From Pocillopora damicornis (lineage: Eukaryota), in assembly GCF_003704095.1 (NCBI RefSeq), contig NW_020845863.1, positions 372,001 through 436,000 on the forward strand: DNA of 64,000 nucleotides, read 5' to 3'. The notes under the pieces are model-generated. The model was not told the DNA's origin. It ran no database searches and was given only the letters and a program-made list of their open reading frames with translations. Every line of letters starts with the position of its first letter. Positions within the stretch are counted from its first letter, which is position 1. Shown in pieces: positions 34,670 through 49,600 of the stretch. Position numbers and translations under genes: made by a program.

Positions 34670-37600
34670 ATGGCTTCCCGCCATGTCGATGTCAACGAGC
34701 GTCGGCTTCGTCCTGTTTATGGTACTTCTCTTTCGTTTTACCAGTTACAAAAATTACTGATATAAAAGAGAGATAATTTTTGACCCTTTTTGTGCTATAT
34801 TTTCAGATGCGTTGGACAGTATGAACAACAAACTGGCCATCCAACTTGCAGACAAAATTTTAAGGAAGCAGAAAGACCTGTACTGCGCCAAGGTAAAAGT
34901 TTCTGCGGACGGCATGAATCGCGTTCAGTGAAAGTGTGATGACGCTAAATGTGTAGTAACAGGGTACATTCAGTCCTTTGTTTGAATTGCAGGCTCTTAA
35001 AGGACTGGCTTTATTGCGATCAGGAAAAACTGCTGAAAGCGAGACAATTATGGTGGAGATTATGGAAGCGAAACCAGCGGACGATCCCACGCTTCAGGCA
35101 ATGACAATTTGCTACAGAGAGATGCAAAAACGTAAGAAATGTGTAGAGTTCATTTATCAAGGGTTACTTTCTCCAATTCACCTATTCAGATTAAAACTAA
35201 TGAATGAGTTAGATAACAGCAGGTGCCTGTTCCTCTGATCCGCTATTTGCACTTGGTGATTGACCCACAGCTTCTCCTTACAATATCAATAGAAACACCA
35301 AGAAGTACGTGGTGGGAATAGGCACACTGATCTGTTACAGGGTGTTTTCATGATACAACTCTGGTCTGAAATGATGTATAAGTTGAAACAGGTCAAACTG
35401 ATGGGCAGATTACATATGTCTTGACCCAGGTCAGTTCTACACCTTGAACATCTTTGTCGTGTGAAATGCAACAAGTTCCTCACTATGTCTCTTTCCATGA
35501 TGTAGTTTGAACAACTTGGAAAGTTTTGTCACTTTTCAGAATTACTCTGTTTCCATGTTTTTTTTTCCACCAAAACACTTTAAAGTTTCTCTGAAATTCT
35601 CGCATTTTCCTTGAGGTTGTTAACCAGCTTTTCTTTTTATCATTGACTGTTGGAGTGTATGTGCTTTATGTTTTTAAGCTGAGATGATTCCTTGTATTTA
35701 TGAGATGGCCTTGAAACAGAACCCGAAGAATGAAGAATTATATTCTCACCTCTTTATGGCATATGTCAGAATTGGAGATTACAAAAAGCAACAACAGGTG
35801 AATCTCATTCACTCAGATTTTAAAATTTACTTTTGCCTAAATGAACCCAATGGCTTTCAGGGCTTCTTATAAACCTTATGCAAAGATGTTTGTGTCATTT
35901 TACTACATTGTTGGTTCAAGCTTTTCAGTTTCAAGTGTTTTATGCTTGTAAAAGAAAAGCAATAAGATTGTAGGGTTACCTTCTGCCTGAAGTGAATTTG
36001 TTTGCAAATTGAAGTGAAATAATGTTGCCTGAACAACTTTCCTTATTTCACACTCCTTCCCAACCAATATTTGCAAATGTTTTATTTCAAATTTAAATCA
36101 ACCCTTTCTCAGTGTGTCAAGTAGTGTTTGCAACCTTGGAGGGGTTAGTTTGGCATTGGAGAAGATAGAGTTCTCGAGCTACTATGCAGAATTATTTGGT
36201 CAAATTGTAATTGTCAGGCCTGTATTTCACCCAGAGTTGAAGAATATTTTTTACCTGTTAGGTAACACCATTTTCTTGCAACTTCATGTCTCAATGCAAA
36301 TCCTGGAAAGGAGACCCTAGTTTACAAACTTTATGTGCTATTGCCTCCAGGGCTCAAGTCATCAATTTTATGGGGGGTAGTTATTAAAAACAAACAAACA
36401 AACAAACAACAACAACAACAACAACAACAACTGAAAAACCCTTGTGAAAATGTTACAAATCCCTCTCTTGTCCACTTGTCGTGGAGTCCAATCTATGTAA
36501 CTGGTCATTGAGTTTGTGGAGATTAATTGTGAATGTACTATTGTTTTTGCAGGTGGCTATGAATCTGTATAAACTGTTCTCTAAGAACCCTTACTACTTC
36601 TGGGCTGTCATGAGCATTGTGATGCAGGTAAAATATTATCCCTACTTTTAAAGATGTGTTCCTTTGATCATGTCATGCAAGTTATTTGTATCTATAATCA
36701 TGCATGTTCACTCAAAGGAGATACTGTTTGAATAGAGAGCTGTTCATAGTGCTTTAAACCTCTACCCTTGAACCTTTAAACCTTGAGAGTGACCATTATC
36801 TAAATTCTCCTTATAGTAATACTGCTGAGTCATTCATAAAGATCATAAGAATAAAGGAAATGAATGTTAACCTAAGAGGCTTTGATTGTTACACAAAGGA
36901 AACATGTAGGTTGTAAAGGGTTAAAATAAGGCAAATGAAATCATCATCAACATAAACTACAACTGTTAGAAGAGATACTGAAAATGAAAAATCTACACAC
37001 TCCTGTAGACCTTCACTTTGTCATGGCATATTTCCCTCAGAATTAAATCATCTCTACTGGCAGAGGAAGGGTGGAGTAATTCTTGTTGCATGCTGTTCTT
37101 AAGGCTGATAGTTGGGTGAAAGCACGTGGTATTGATGTGTAAAACATCTTTCAATACTGTGGAGGGTCAAGATTTTAGCTCAATTACAACTTTTGTTGAC
37201 AATTCAGGGTTGTCAGTTCAAAATTTATACAGAGTTCTGTGTCTTTCATAATAACAACCTTTGGTGAGTCAACAATATTTGATGAAGTTTCCCTGTAGTT
37301 CAATTGTAGAATCTATTTGAAATGTTATGTTTCAGGGTATAATGGCTAGTGAAGAGAAACTTGGAAAAACTATGCTTTTTCCTTTGGCTGAGAAAATGGT
37401 TGAAAAATTTATAAATGAAGGCAAAATTGAAGCTGAAGCAGGTGCAGTATTTTTTTAGTTACCTGTTGCTATCCCCTAGATAGCCATTTATCCTTTGTTC
37501 AGTGTTGTCCAACCTTCAAACAACAAAGGCGAGGTTTTTAAGGGAGTGGGAAACATGAATCTTTATGTCTTAAGCTTGTCCATAGTTTCTGAAAGAAGCC

Positions 37601-40600
37601 ATATGATGGAAATATCTTGCATCATGTCAGTTCTGAATCAGTTTGATGTTTTCCATTCTTGAACATACAAGTCACATTCCTTTTAGATTTAGTACTGTCT
37701 ACTGTGTTTTTTTTATGTCATGAAAATTATATCTTGATAGTCTCCTTCAAGCTGAAAGTAGCACATACTGAGGCAAAAAAATTGAGATTGAAATGTCATG
37801 ATAGTATTTGTTTTAAGCAGGAGAAGCTTCTGCTTGTTAAGTCAGTAATTACCCACACTTTGCAGTAACAATAATATCTTCAAGCATATACTTGCTATTT
37901 TCTGTAGTTATTAACTGTATTATTTTTCTCCCATTGGGTTTTTGCATTAGCCGTCACAAGTGTGTGTGGAGTTCTATATTTTTGAATACTTTGGGCTTAC
38001 TGAAATCCTTTACTTTGTCAACCAGTTTATCAGTGGACTTTGCCAATATGGTACTGCTTTAGACTTGTTGGTGTGTAATTACAGAGTTTGATGCACTAAT
38101 TTTAATTCAGTAGTTATATCACAGGAAAAAAAAATTATCTGAGCACTTTTCCTTACATTTTTCACTTTTCAGAGGTTCATCTGTATTTAATGATTTTAGA
38201 GAAGCTTGGATGTTATGAGAAGGCTCTTGGTGTTCTTAGAAGTGATTTGGCTGGTGAGTGTGCTTGCATTAAAACAAACTTCAGTTGCAATGAAATTCCA
38301 CAAGCTGTGTTTTTGTAAACTTTAAAAGAAATGTGCCAGTATCAATTTCATTACTTTAAAATCATCGTCATCCTTTTCATAATATAAAATGTAGGATATA
38401 GGGATGTTTTTACCTTGAAAGGGCCCTTGTCTCCTTTTGCTAGTTAACAGACTCTCCTTTCAAATAAACTCTTATGTATAATCCAAATGAAATGTGTCAC
38501 AATTAAAATCTCAACTGGCTGGAGGCAAACTACATGTAATTGACAATTTGCAAACATGGTCAGAGAGTTAACCTTTTGACTCCTAAGAGTAACTAGCATC
38601 TAATATCACCTTATATTATCACCCCTGAATCACACAGTAAATTCACAAGATTTAAAACAAATAATCACCAACTAAAGAAGCTCTTTAATGACTGTGAATA
38701 TGTGAAAATCATATATGTGAACTGCGGGTAAAGAAATGAATACGGAAAGGATACTCACAATAAAGAACACTACTTGAGCGACAGGGAAAATAAGGCCTTA
38801 AAAAAAAAATTCAGGCCTGTACGAGATTTAAACCCATGATCTTGTGATACCTGTGCAGCACTCTACCAACTGAGCTAACAAGCCAACTGGGTGCTGGTTG
38901 TTATGTTGGTTCCAAATAAACCCTTGAGGTACTGAATAAATAAAGAAGCCCTGGATTGTTAAACAAATTCTCCCTGTCGGCAACTTAAGAAATATATGGA
39001 GAACAGTATGGAGAATATGCATACTGATGTTGAGGTGTAAAAGGTTAAATTTGGAATTAACCAGGACTTGCACCTAAAACCTGTGGATTGCAATTCTACT
39101 TCTCCCACCAAGGAGTCATACTCCTTAGATCTTTGATTAATCAGGCACCTTTTGTCCATTTCTTAGCTAAACTGATTAGTTACATGGATGAAAGAGAAGA
39201 AAAAGAAGCTATTTATTTAACAAAACTCTGCAAATGGCATGAAGCAAATATAGCATTTAAGAAACTCATTTTGAGAAGGTATTTGGTTAGTTGTATTTAA
39301 TTTCATGTTATTTGGTTAAATTTATTATTACCATTTGCTCTTAGCCTTATTATTAAGATGAATTTCAATGTATTTCAAAAGTAGCCTATTGTCATGACTT
39401 AGGAAATCCTCTTTTGCTTCTGATTCAGCTGTGAATAATAGATATGTCAAGAGAAGAACAGTATTGGCTAGGCTGCTAAACAATATAAATATGAATATTC
39501 AGGCATACACTTTTTGTTATAGTATGGATTTTGAGCTTTATTAACTCCATAACTCCAATGAGTGACCAAGAAAGAATTTCTCCTTACAATATCAAGCAGG
39601 CAGGTGATGAGAATAATGAAAAATGTCAATTAAGGGATTATTAGTTGATCCAATGCCAAGTTCTCCAAACTAATATTATATTAATTGTGTACCAGACGGA
39701 AAGGAGAATCACTAATAAGATCTTGGGAATGAAAAGGTTTAACTTAATTGGAGATGTACTGTAATTTTTGTTTTCTTATTTCTCCTAGGCCAGATCAGTG
39801 GTCATACTACCAGTCATACTTAACCTCAGCTTTCTCCCTTATAAAACAAAACTGGAAACCAGTTGATGAGTCAGAGTAGGTTTCATTCACATGAATTTTG
39901 TGAAGGGTGATAATAATGTGCAAAAGAATCTGACAAGAAGGTGATGGGTTTTTCTGGGAAATATTTCAACTTATGAATACAGAGCTTTTCAGTGAAAGTG
40001 TTTTAAAAGAAAAGCCAAGTACATTCCAGCCATAAACTTCTGCACATTAAATCTATGGATTGACTTCTTGATCGCATAAAAATCCAAATTCTTTATACTT
40101 TTCCAACTGCGCTCTTGTTTATTCATTTGTGTACTTTTTCTTATTTGTTTTTCAGAGAACTTCCTGATTATTCTTTAGAAATGATTGACAAATTCCTAGC
40201 ATCTGTTGTGGAAGCTGAACAAACTAAAGAAAAGAGATCATGCAGAGGACCTTATTTGGCACAATTGGAACTGGAAAAGCTTTGTAGTCAAGAATGTATT
40301 CACTGTGATTCAAGACAGAGTGAGTTGCTTGGTTACATGTATTGAATAAACCTAAATGTGTTGTGTCATTGAACCTGGCTAATGTCGGCAGTGTTTGTGT
40401 CTATACAGGGTAGACAATATGTATATTTTCAAGGTTCCCTAACCCCCCATATTTACTTAAGACCACCTGACTCTCAGAAACATAGGCATGCATAGCATTC
40501 AAGATTTATAGTTTTGGCTGGGTGGGTTGAGATGGGTCACCATGGTATGATTGATGTGAGGTACATAACCTAATGGGGCAATCTGATTAATTGCGATAAT

Positions 40601-43600
40601 GGTGCAAGATACATACCCTTATGTGGCAATCTGATTGATGCAAGATACCCACCCAAATGTGGTGATCTGATTGGTGCAAGCAACTTACCACTCTCCATGC
40701 TAACAAAGAGTTTTTTTTCTTTTTAAATAACTCAAAAACTCCTGATAACGAAAAAAAACACACCTATTTGTAAACCCACGGTGCAAACTCCTTTGAAGTC
40801 CTGACATGTTCTTTAAAATCTTTAAATGAATCAATTTTAATTTATTTGAAAATCTATTTACTCATCTCACTTAATCTACATGTATCTACACGACACTTTT
40901 GACACTAGTGATCATGGAAGTGCGTAGGAAACTCAAAATTGAATTAATTTAGGCCTAGCAGGGGAGCATCTTACCTCAAAATTAAAGGATTTCAGGTTAA
41001 AGTTCTGGCAAAGGATTTACTCTCTTGTTGCAAAATTATCTGTTCTTGTCTTCTTTTAGTGTATTAATTGGACATGTTACCCTGGAGTACAATGTGGGTC
41101 ACAAGCACCTTTGGGTTCGAAATTGTCACATGAAACTTTTGAAACAGTTTTGCTCAGGTTGCTCACAGGGTGGGCAGTGCTATCTAATACTTGTATGATG
41201 TTTAGGTCCAGGTTCACAAAACAGATTACTCTATCATCTGGATAGTGATTTATCTGCTACATAGCATTATCTACCTTAGAAACTATTAGAGACAAATGTG
41301 TATGTGTGGGCCAGTTTTCTTAGTGGGCAGAAATATAAAATGCTTTAACTCATCGTGAAAGCTTTGTCAAGAATAGTCAATCTGAATTGCAGATTTAAAT
41401 TATAATTCAAGTTGTAGACACATAGTTAGCTTGTTCCATTTTTTGTGAAATGCTAATGATGTTTGGTGTGTTTCTCTTATTTTTATTTTCAGGTTCAACT
41501 TCTAGTGTATATTTATTAATAGAGTATTTTAAACGGTTTGGAGACAAGCACTGTTGTTTCTGGGACCTTGAACCTTATTTACATCTGAATCTACCAGAAA
41601 TACTGGACAAAGAAAAGGTAAAATAGATTGGAAATAAAGTCTTGAACCCTCAACAGTCTTTAACACTCAGAAAAGATGATGCAAGGCATAGAGTATTTTT
41701 ATAGAGTATTTAAGTCACAGCATGTCTGTCCAAAAATGCACACAATAATGAATATGGCAAATTTTACTGATGAGAATTATGAATTTGGTGAATGCTGAAT
41801 ATGGCAGAACGTTGTCACATTCATGGTAGCCTCCTTAAAACTCGTTTGCGATAAAGTTGGATATTGAACAGATTGAATGGCTTGGCTTGTTTGGCAAAAC
41901 TTGTCATATCTGCCATTCTCACCCAATTTAAATCATTTGTCAAAACACTGTCCAGTCCATTACCAAAAAATCTTGATGCTTTGTTTTAGTTTGTGGAAGC
42001 ATTAAGGAATGCCCTTCCATCAGTCAGTGATGAAGATCCTGAATCATCTCATGTATGTAAAGTATTGTTGTGGCTAAGTTTTACAGAAGTTGTGAGTAGT
42101 AGTTACTAGAAAGTCTTCAGTTAAGGAAAGCTGTGAGCCTGTTGGACTGAGTGAGTACAATTCAGGGAATAATCTGGCAAATGAACAATTCAAAACTAAT
42201 GAAGCACATGATTTGAGTCTTGTCTGATTACCTTTGGGTTGTATGACATGAGGATCAGTCACTAAAGAATTCTATCTATATTGAATTTTGATGCTAAAAA
42301 TTCTCTCTCATTCAGTATTTTGCAAAGCAAAGAGAGCAATCAGAAAGAACCCATTTAAATAGAGAAAAATGGTGCGTGAATGGTAAAGGTGTCCAAGAAC
42401 AGTTATTAAGTAATGAGAATTTTGTAAGAGTAATGTAAGAATTGATCATACAGTAGCTGAGGATTACTAATGTCAGTAGTCTTTGGTCCAAGTCGGTGAT
42501 AAATAGGGTTGTGCTAGGTATTCATATGGACTCTGTCTGGCCACTGCTAGTTTCTACCCTCTGTCATTCAATTTCCCTCTAGGTCAGTAGTAGCAGAAGG
42601 TGCAGTAGTTCTAATCTTAGGTGCTTTCATGTACACAAATACTATTTAGTGATTATGATACTGTTTTTTTTCTTAGACAAGATTGATGCTGAGGAGAATG
42701 AATATTGAACTGATTTCAAGACATTTAGGATTTCACTGCTCTCTTTCCTGTGATGAAAAAATTGCTTTATCAAAGGAATATATGAAGCAGCACAAAGATG
42801 GTTTGGTTTATGGTTAGTACGCTATTGTGACCAAAATAGCAATTATTTTGTAGATACATTTATGTAGATCCATGAAGCTTGGCTTCATGTCATTGAAAAA
42901 TAAGATTGTTATGTGGATTGGTGTAGTAACTGTGCTCCAGTTTGTCAAGTTTGGTTATGTGAAAGCCATAGTGGGAAGATGTTGAAGAGCTTACGGTCTA
43001 TATTGTGCAGTCTAGGCTGAACGTTTGTTAGGACATTGATTGTTGGGCAAGATACTTACCAATTCTAAAAGTAAGGCCTGACTCACTTCCTCAGTACTTA
43101 CTCTCCTAGGCCTTTCTATTTCCACAAGTACATAGTGTACAAGTAGCACACATTTAGTGGGTGGTATTTACTGATTACAGATGCAGCTGTTCAGATTAGG
43201 GACTCTGGGATAGTTTAGCATCCCACACAGGGGTCGCAACAAGACTTTATTCTAGCAGACTAAGAGGTGTAGGTTCAAGCTTTGGCTGGGTCATTGTGTT
43301 GTGTTTGTGGTCAGTGCTCTTAATGGCTTCATTCAGGAGACACTAGCATTAGCTTTGGCAATATGGGTTACTTGGCCTTGAAGACAAGTGCCTTAATGGC
43401 ATCTCCCATTATTTATGTGTGTGAGATGACTTGGTGGTTGTTATATTGGATGTCCAATCGAAAGGTCAAGGTTTAGGCCCAGACTGGGTCTCTGAGTAGT
43501 GTTGTTGGACTAAAGACTTGACTGTCAGACTACCTCTTCCTGCTGATGACTAACAGCAAACTTTTAGGAAACTTGATGAATTGTTGGGGAAAGGAGGCCT

Positions 43601-46600
43601 TTGGGCCTTTCCATACAAACAATCATAACTAGAATTGTCCTGACAAAACCAAAGAACAAATTTTGTCATCCACATTTAAAATTTCAAAGCTGTCCAATTC
43701 CATTAGCACCTGATCTGTTCATAAGACCAGCCAGCATAGTTTGCCAAAGGATTCCATGTTCAATTTCCAGAATTTATCCTTAGTCATTATAAAACTTTAG
43801 AATCCAAGTAAACTGATTTCAGTTCAATTACACGCTGGTCGTAGCTTTTATGACAAATGATCCACAAGTTTATCGTGGTTTTGTTTCAGTCAATTTGTCC
43901 AGTTTTTACTCAGGACAAATTTTTTTGGTGGTGCATTTGAAGATTTGTCCACTTCAGCCAAAATTTGTCAAGTTGCTGAAAACCATCCACACCTCTGAAA
44001 TGTTGCCGATGACTGAAAATTTGTCTAAATAAACAACTTTTTCACTAGTGGGGAAAGGCCCTTACTTGGGAAGGACCATTTCAGGGGAGTGGTAACACTC
44101 CCTGTATCTTCATTATCATGAAACTTGAATAACTTCTGACCGTAATGGTTGGCTATTTGTGGCTCAATTCTGGAAGTATCTTCTTATTGAATTTAATCAT
44201 TATAATTATTTGTCAGGTCAGAGTCTTTTGCCTACTGAACTTCAGTACAGTGATGGGTTTGCTCAACTGGCTTCACACCTTTTGTTAGAAGTAAATTATG
44301 AATCAGGTATTTTTTCACAATATTGGTAGTAATTATTGTGGCCGTAAGTTCTTAAAATGATAATTTCTTTACTGTATGGTGTCCTTGTAAAATGACTATT
44401 CATAGAAAAGGTGATCAATTATCCACTTGCATCAGCATTTTTGATAAACTGAACAAATCGCCAATTGTCTAATTTTTTTTTTAATTATGCTAACATCTTA
44501 CACAGCTAACACACATGTGAGCCTTTTCTTTTTTTTTTAGCCAGAAAAATTAAGTTAAATTGAACTGTAGATCAAATAATTAATTTCAAATAATATGTGG
44601 TATAGCAGTACGGCCAATTGTGAATTAGCAAGGTCTTGGTCACAAGTTTGGTTGCTGCTGGTTAAGTTAGTTTCACCTACTGCTCTTTGCATCAGTTCAA
44701 TGAAGAATTTCTAGAAACTCTTCTTAACAGCAATTTGTTTTCCAATTAAGGAAATACAGACATGAACTGGCACCTTCTTATCATGTTAGAGAGCGCATTA
44801 AAGGCAAGTCCTTCCAACCATCAGCTCAAACTCCTACTGATGAAAGTCTATTGTTCAATGGGTAAGATTTATCCTTCCATATAAGTTCACTTTTAACTGC
44901 ACTTTGTCTTCTCAGTGTGTCAAAAATTAAAAAGAAGAATTCATCTACAGTGTAGCTATTACCTTAATATCAGAGTCTTACAGTAATGACTGTGTCATGA
45001 ATTTTAAATGGGTTGTGCTGTTGGCTTTCCAATGATGAGGCAAATCCAACTCTTATTATAAAGTGATAAGATGAGGAGAAACAGAGCTTCACTGAGGAAA
45101 GGCCTACAACAGTCTTCTGTATTTAATTATCATGTTAATCATGGACCAGGATTGTGTTGCAGAGTTTGCATGGTCATAAAAGCAATAGTTGGAATGCCTA
45201 TGTTGCATAGATAGGGAGGAAGTGCTTGTGTACATGTGTATGGTAATAGGTGTGTAAAATTAAAAGTGAATACCATTTCTTAGGAGTAGAGAGTAAGTTT
45301 ATAACAAAATTATGTGTAGATTTTGGCAGTGGCAAACTCAAGGTATTACTTTGTTTATTATTTTTCTGTTGAACTGGAATTCAAAGTATAGGTTTTCTAT
45401 CATGTTAGGAAAACTGGAGAACCAGGAAAAACCATGTAGCAAGGACAAGATTCTATCACCACCTCAACTGAGATGTTACCCATAGCTGCAGCAAAGGGAG
45501 GGGAACAATCTTGCCTATGCACCCCTCCTCTCATACCCTACATACCACAAAATATCCGGAGAGTGGATGGAAAACTTTAATTACTGAATTACTCTGATGA
45601 ATAGAAAAAACACTGAAAAAGTTGGTTAATGAAATAAGTTCAGGTAGCCCTGAGTGAATGACAGAAAAGTGCTTTTTGGCTTCTAAGATGACCATCTAAT
45701 TCACTCCTTTTTATAGGTGCTGTTAGTCCATGTCTAGCACTTTTTGAAGGATTAGAAATCAAGCACATCGAACAAGATGTTGTTGGGTAAGTAGAAAAGG
45801 GAAACTTTCCTATCAGCTATTATTCTGACTGATTGCACAGATATTTGCTCACTTCCTTGAAGCAATGCTCCAAGTTACTTCATGCTATAGAGACTGGGAG
45901 AAACTCCAGCTGGCTTGACTACTTAAGGCTTGAGTACAAACTTCTATCTTTCTGAGGCACATCTCCACCTGGGGAACACTTTTTCAGTCCTCAGTGTCTT
46001 AACATACAGATCATTAGTTGAAGGAGTGCAGTTACATGTACAGGAGACGATTTTGTCATTAATACTTTTAAAACACAAAAAACAAATTGCATCATATGCA
46101 CAAATCACAACAACAGCATAACCTTTGCATCCTTTGAAATAACATAGTTATTTTCTGAGGGGCTAGATAATCATTTTTCAAGATGCTTTTTGAATCCAGG
46201 TTTTTTTTTTCAGTAATGAATGGCATAGTAACTAAAATAGCAATGCTAAAGATTATTTTATTTTTCCCTTTATGTATTTTTTTTCCAGTTATACTCTGAC
46301 ACGATACGTTGAAGCCCTTGGTCATTTTGAGGCAGCTTCATCTGTGTACTTGACCACTTTAAAATTCTTTTATGGAAACCAAAAAAATGTAAGTTACAGA
46401 CATTATTTGTCAGCAATTAAATTGTGTACAACATCTTAACATCAAACTACAAAGAGGGGTGAAACAGCAAATAAGAGAGATAGCTTTTGATCCACCTCTC
46501 TCCTCCTATGTCTCGCTCTGTCCTATTTCTTCTCCCGTAGAGATTGTTCTCGTAAGTGTTGATTGCCCTCACATTTGCAAGCAGTACACAGTAAATTAAA

Positions 46601-49600
46601 TCTTGTTTGGAGAAAGTAGACTCTCAGAATTGGATAGAAAAGCAAATAGGTCACAGTTCCGAGATCAACTATCTAAAAGTGATATTCATGTCGGCAAGTT
46701 CTGTTGTCTCAAGTCTTCAGATATGAAGATCGCTGTGTTTCTTTTTAGACCCCTGAACACATCATAGCTGCATACAAGTATGGATCATTTGAAAAGGTAA
46801 GATAACCATTTTCAGTTAAATTTGGATCAATTTGACCCTCCCAAGTAATATTATGCATTGTCCAAACAACAAGACAGTTGGGCAATATTCACTTAACCAT
46901 TTAACTCCCAAGATCTGATTGTTAATTCTCCCCTCTACCTGCCACACATTTCCTTGTAAATGAGTCACTTGAATTTGGTGTTAGATCAAGACTATTAACT
47001 TCTACCTGATAAGTTTGAGTATTCTCAATACACATTGGGTGGATAATGTTTGGATGTTGTAGGGAGAGGTTACATGTTAATCATTCATGGGAGTTAAAGG
47101 GTAAAGGAGGAAGTGTATTCCATGTACTAAAATTACATCAACTGGTTCATATGTTTGGAATCTATGTTATGAGTAGCATTGGGTAGCATCATTAACAGCA
47201 GATGCACTTAATTGTCTTTAAATAATGGGTAACATTCTGTGGAAAGGACTTACTAGGCAAACTGTTGCTATATACTCATGAAAGCAATAAAATGTACAGT
47301 AAGTGGACATTGTTCTGTCTTTTTGTCTCCATGTTTGCATCTTGATAAGTTTCTTTAATTTAGTATGCTTCTTGTCCTACAATGACTTTTTTAAAATTTT
47401 GGTGTTGTCAGATTCCAGAGTTCATTGATCTCAAGAGACGACTTGATCTTTCACTGCATTTTGCCACAGTAAATTATGAAAACATGCTCCTTGACGTGTT
47501 CACCAAGGCAAACAGGTTATAACATTGTTTTGTCTTTTAAAGCATTTCTGTAGCAATAAAAATTTTTCACACATGGGCCATTCTTTTTAGCCTTTCAGAT
47601 GTCCAAAGTCATTTTGACGAAAAGAGCTTGCTCGACAAGTGTTCTGTAGAGAGTAAGTCTTTTTTCTATGATTATTCTTCAAGGTAAAGTTTGTGCCCAA
47701 GTGAAAACCATCACCATCGGGTCTTACTTGGGATAATGTTGGGAGATTTCATCAGTTGAGATATTGGTAGGGTGATTTTCTTTAACTGTGAAATTGATGT
47801 GGTTTTGTTGTGCCATCTCCTGTGATTTGTTGAAAAACTTGTCTACAAACTTTGCATGATGGTAATTGCTGAATTACCATTACCTGTTACCTACTTTTTT
47901 TTTAACCATTTTTTTAATGGTTAATGTGGCTTCTTTCACTTTGAGCCAATGATTTAAACTTTGAGTGTGGGTAGCATCAAATTTCTTCTTACAATATCAC
48001 CCATGAATTAAACAGTAATGTAATAAGAATAAAGGAAATTATAACCTACTTGTACTAAAGAAACTTTTGATTGTCAAATAAATTCTCCTTGTCAGCACCT
48101 CAGGAAATGCATAGAAAACAGTATGGAGAATATGCATACTGATGGTTGGGTGTGAAAGGTTAAGCATGAAGAAGAATATAAAAGGAGTAAGAAAGAAATT
48201 ATGATTTGTACAATATTTTACTTTGAATGGTTGTAAGTATGCAGTTAATGTCTCTTTAGAATACTGGATGAAAGACCTGAAGGATAACAGGGATTTAAAA
48301 ATACTTCAAACCTGGGATGTCCCAGAAAGGTATGTAAATACTGGGTGTGATTTCCTCTTCATTTTGGGATTCATCTGAACACTGATCTGGTTTTCTTAAT
48401 GTAACTAGCCACAAATAATTTTGATTGTTTAAAATAATCTTAATTTGTAAGTTACTTGGGGAGTAAGTTAAGTTTTAGTTGATTGGATGTCTCAACATCA
48501 CACAGCAGTGATACTTTCACATTCTGACAGCCTTTTCAGTGATGAGTTAAATCCAACTCCTATTTTTTAATCATAAAATGAGGAGAAGTAGAGCTTTCCT
48601 GAGGAAAGGCTTCAGTATATTTAGTCTCAAGAAACAACCAGTTTGAGTTTTAAAAAAACTTGAAAGGTTTAGCCTGTTAGATTGACCTTTGATTAGATAT
48701 TTGGTCTGTTCATTAATGAGTTGGTAAGTGAAGTAGGTATGTTTTAATTAAGGACTGATTAATTTGAATTTTTTAGGCAGTTGTCAAAAGAGCAGCAGTT
48801 AAGATGCGAAGAGCAAGAGGTGAGTTGGAGTGTTTTTAAATGTCTTCTCTTTGGACTATACTCTTAATTGTTGTTAGATTAAAATTTCCCTATTATTATT
48901 ATTATTATTATTATTGTTATTATTATTATTGTTATTATTATTGTTATTATTATTAACATGTTGGTTGATATTTTTGTCAAAGCTGTGTTTTTCACTTGTT
49001 TCATAATTGTAGACTCCATACTTATTACTGAGTTATCCTGCTGAATAATGAAAAACAAATTTATTTCTTTGTTTGGTATGCAAAAGGTAGCTCACATCTG
49101 CTCTATTTTACAGGTACTCTGGTTAAGGTTGCGGTTCCTTATTCTGAGAGCCCTTGCAGTAGCTGTCTCTTTGATACCAAAACCTCAACAAAATATGCAA
49201 AACATGAATAATGGAGAAGCTTCCCCAGCTTATCCTTTAGCAGAAGTGATTGATGAATTGAAGGAAACATTGCAGGAAGTTGATTTGCACCCAGGAACAA
49301 GGGCAAAGGTGTGAACAAAATTACAGTTGGAGAATCAATAGAACCAGGAGCCCATTACTTGGCTCCCAAAAAAAATTACCAATAGTTGATTTAAAAAAAT
49401 GTAAATCCTCCAATGGATTTGAAACTTTGACAGAGTTTTAGTTTACAGCTGGCTTCTCCCAAATCTTCTTTGGTACTCTACTTTGCACTGTAGTTGTTAG
49501 CAAAAGAGGAAAATGTTGTAGATCAATTACTGTACATATTTATTCAGCTGTATGCTGATCCCGGCAATAAGCTGAGTCCCCAAAAATCAACTTTACAAAT

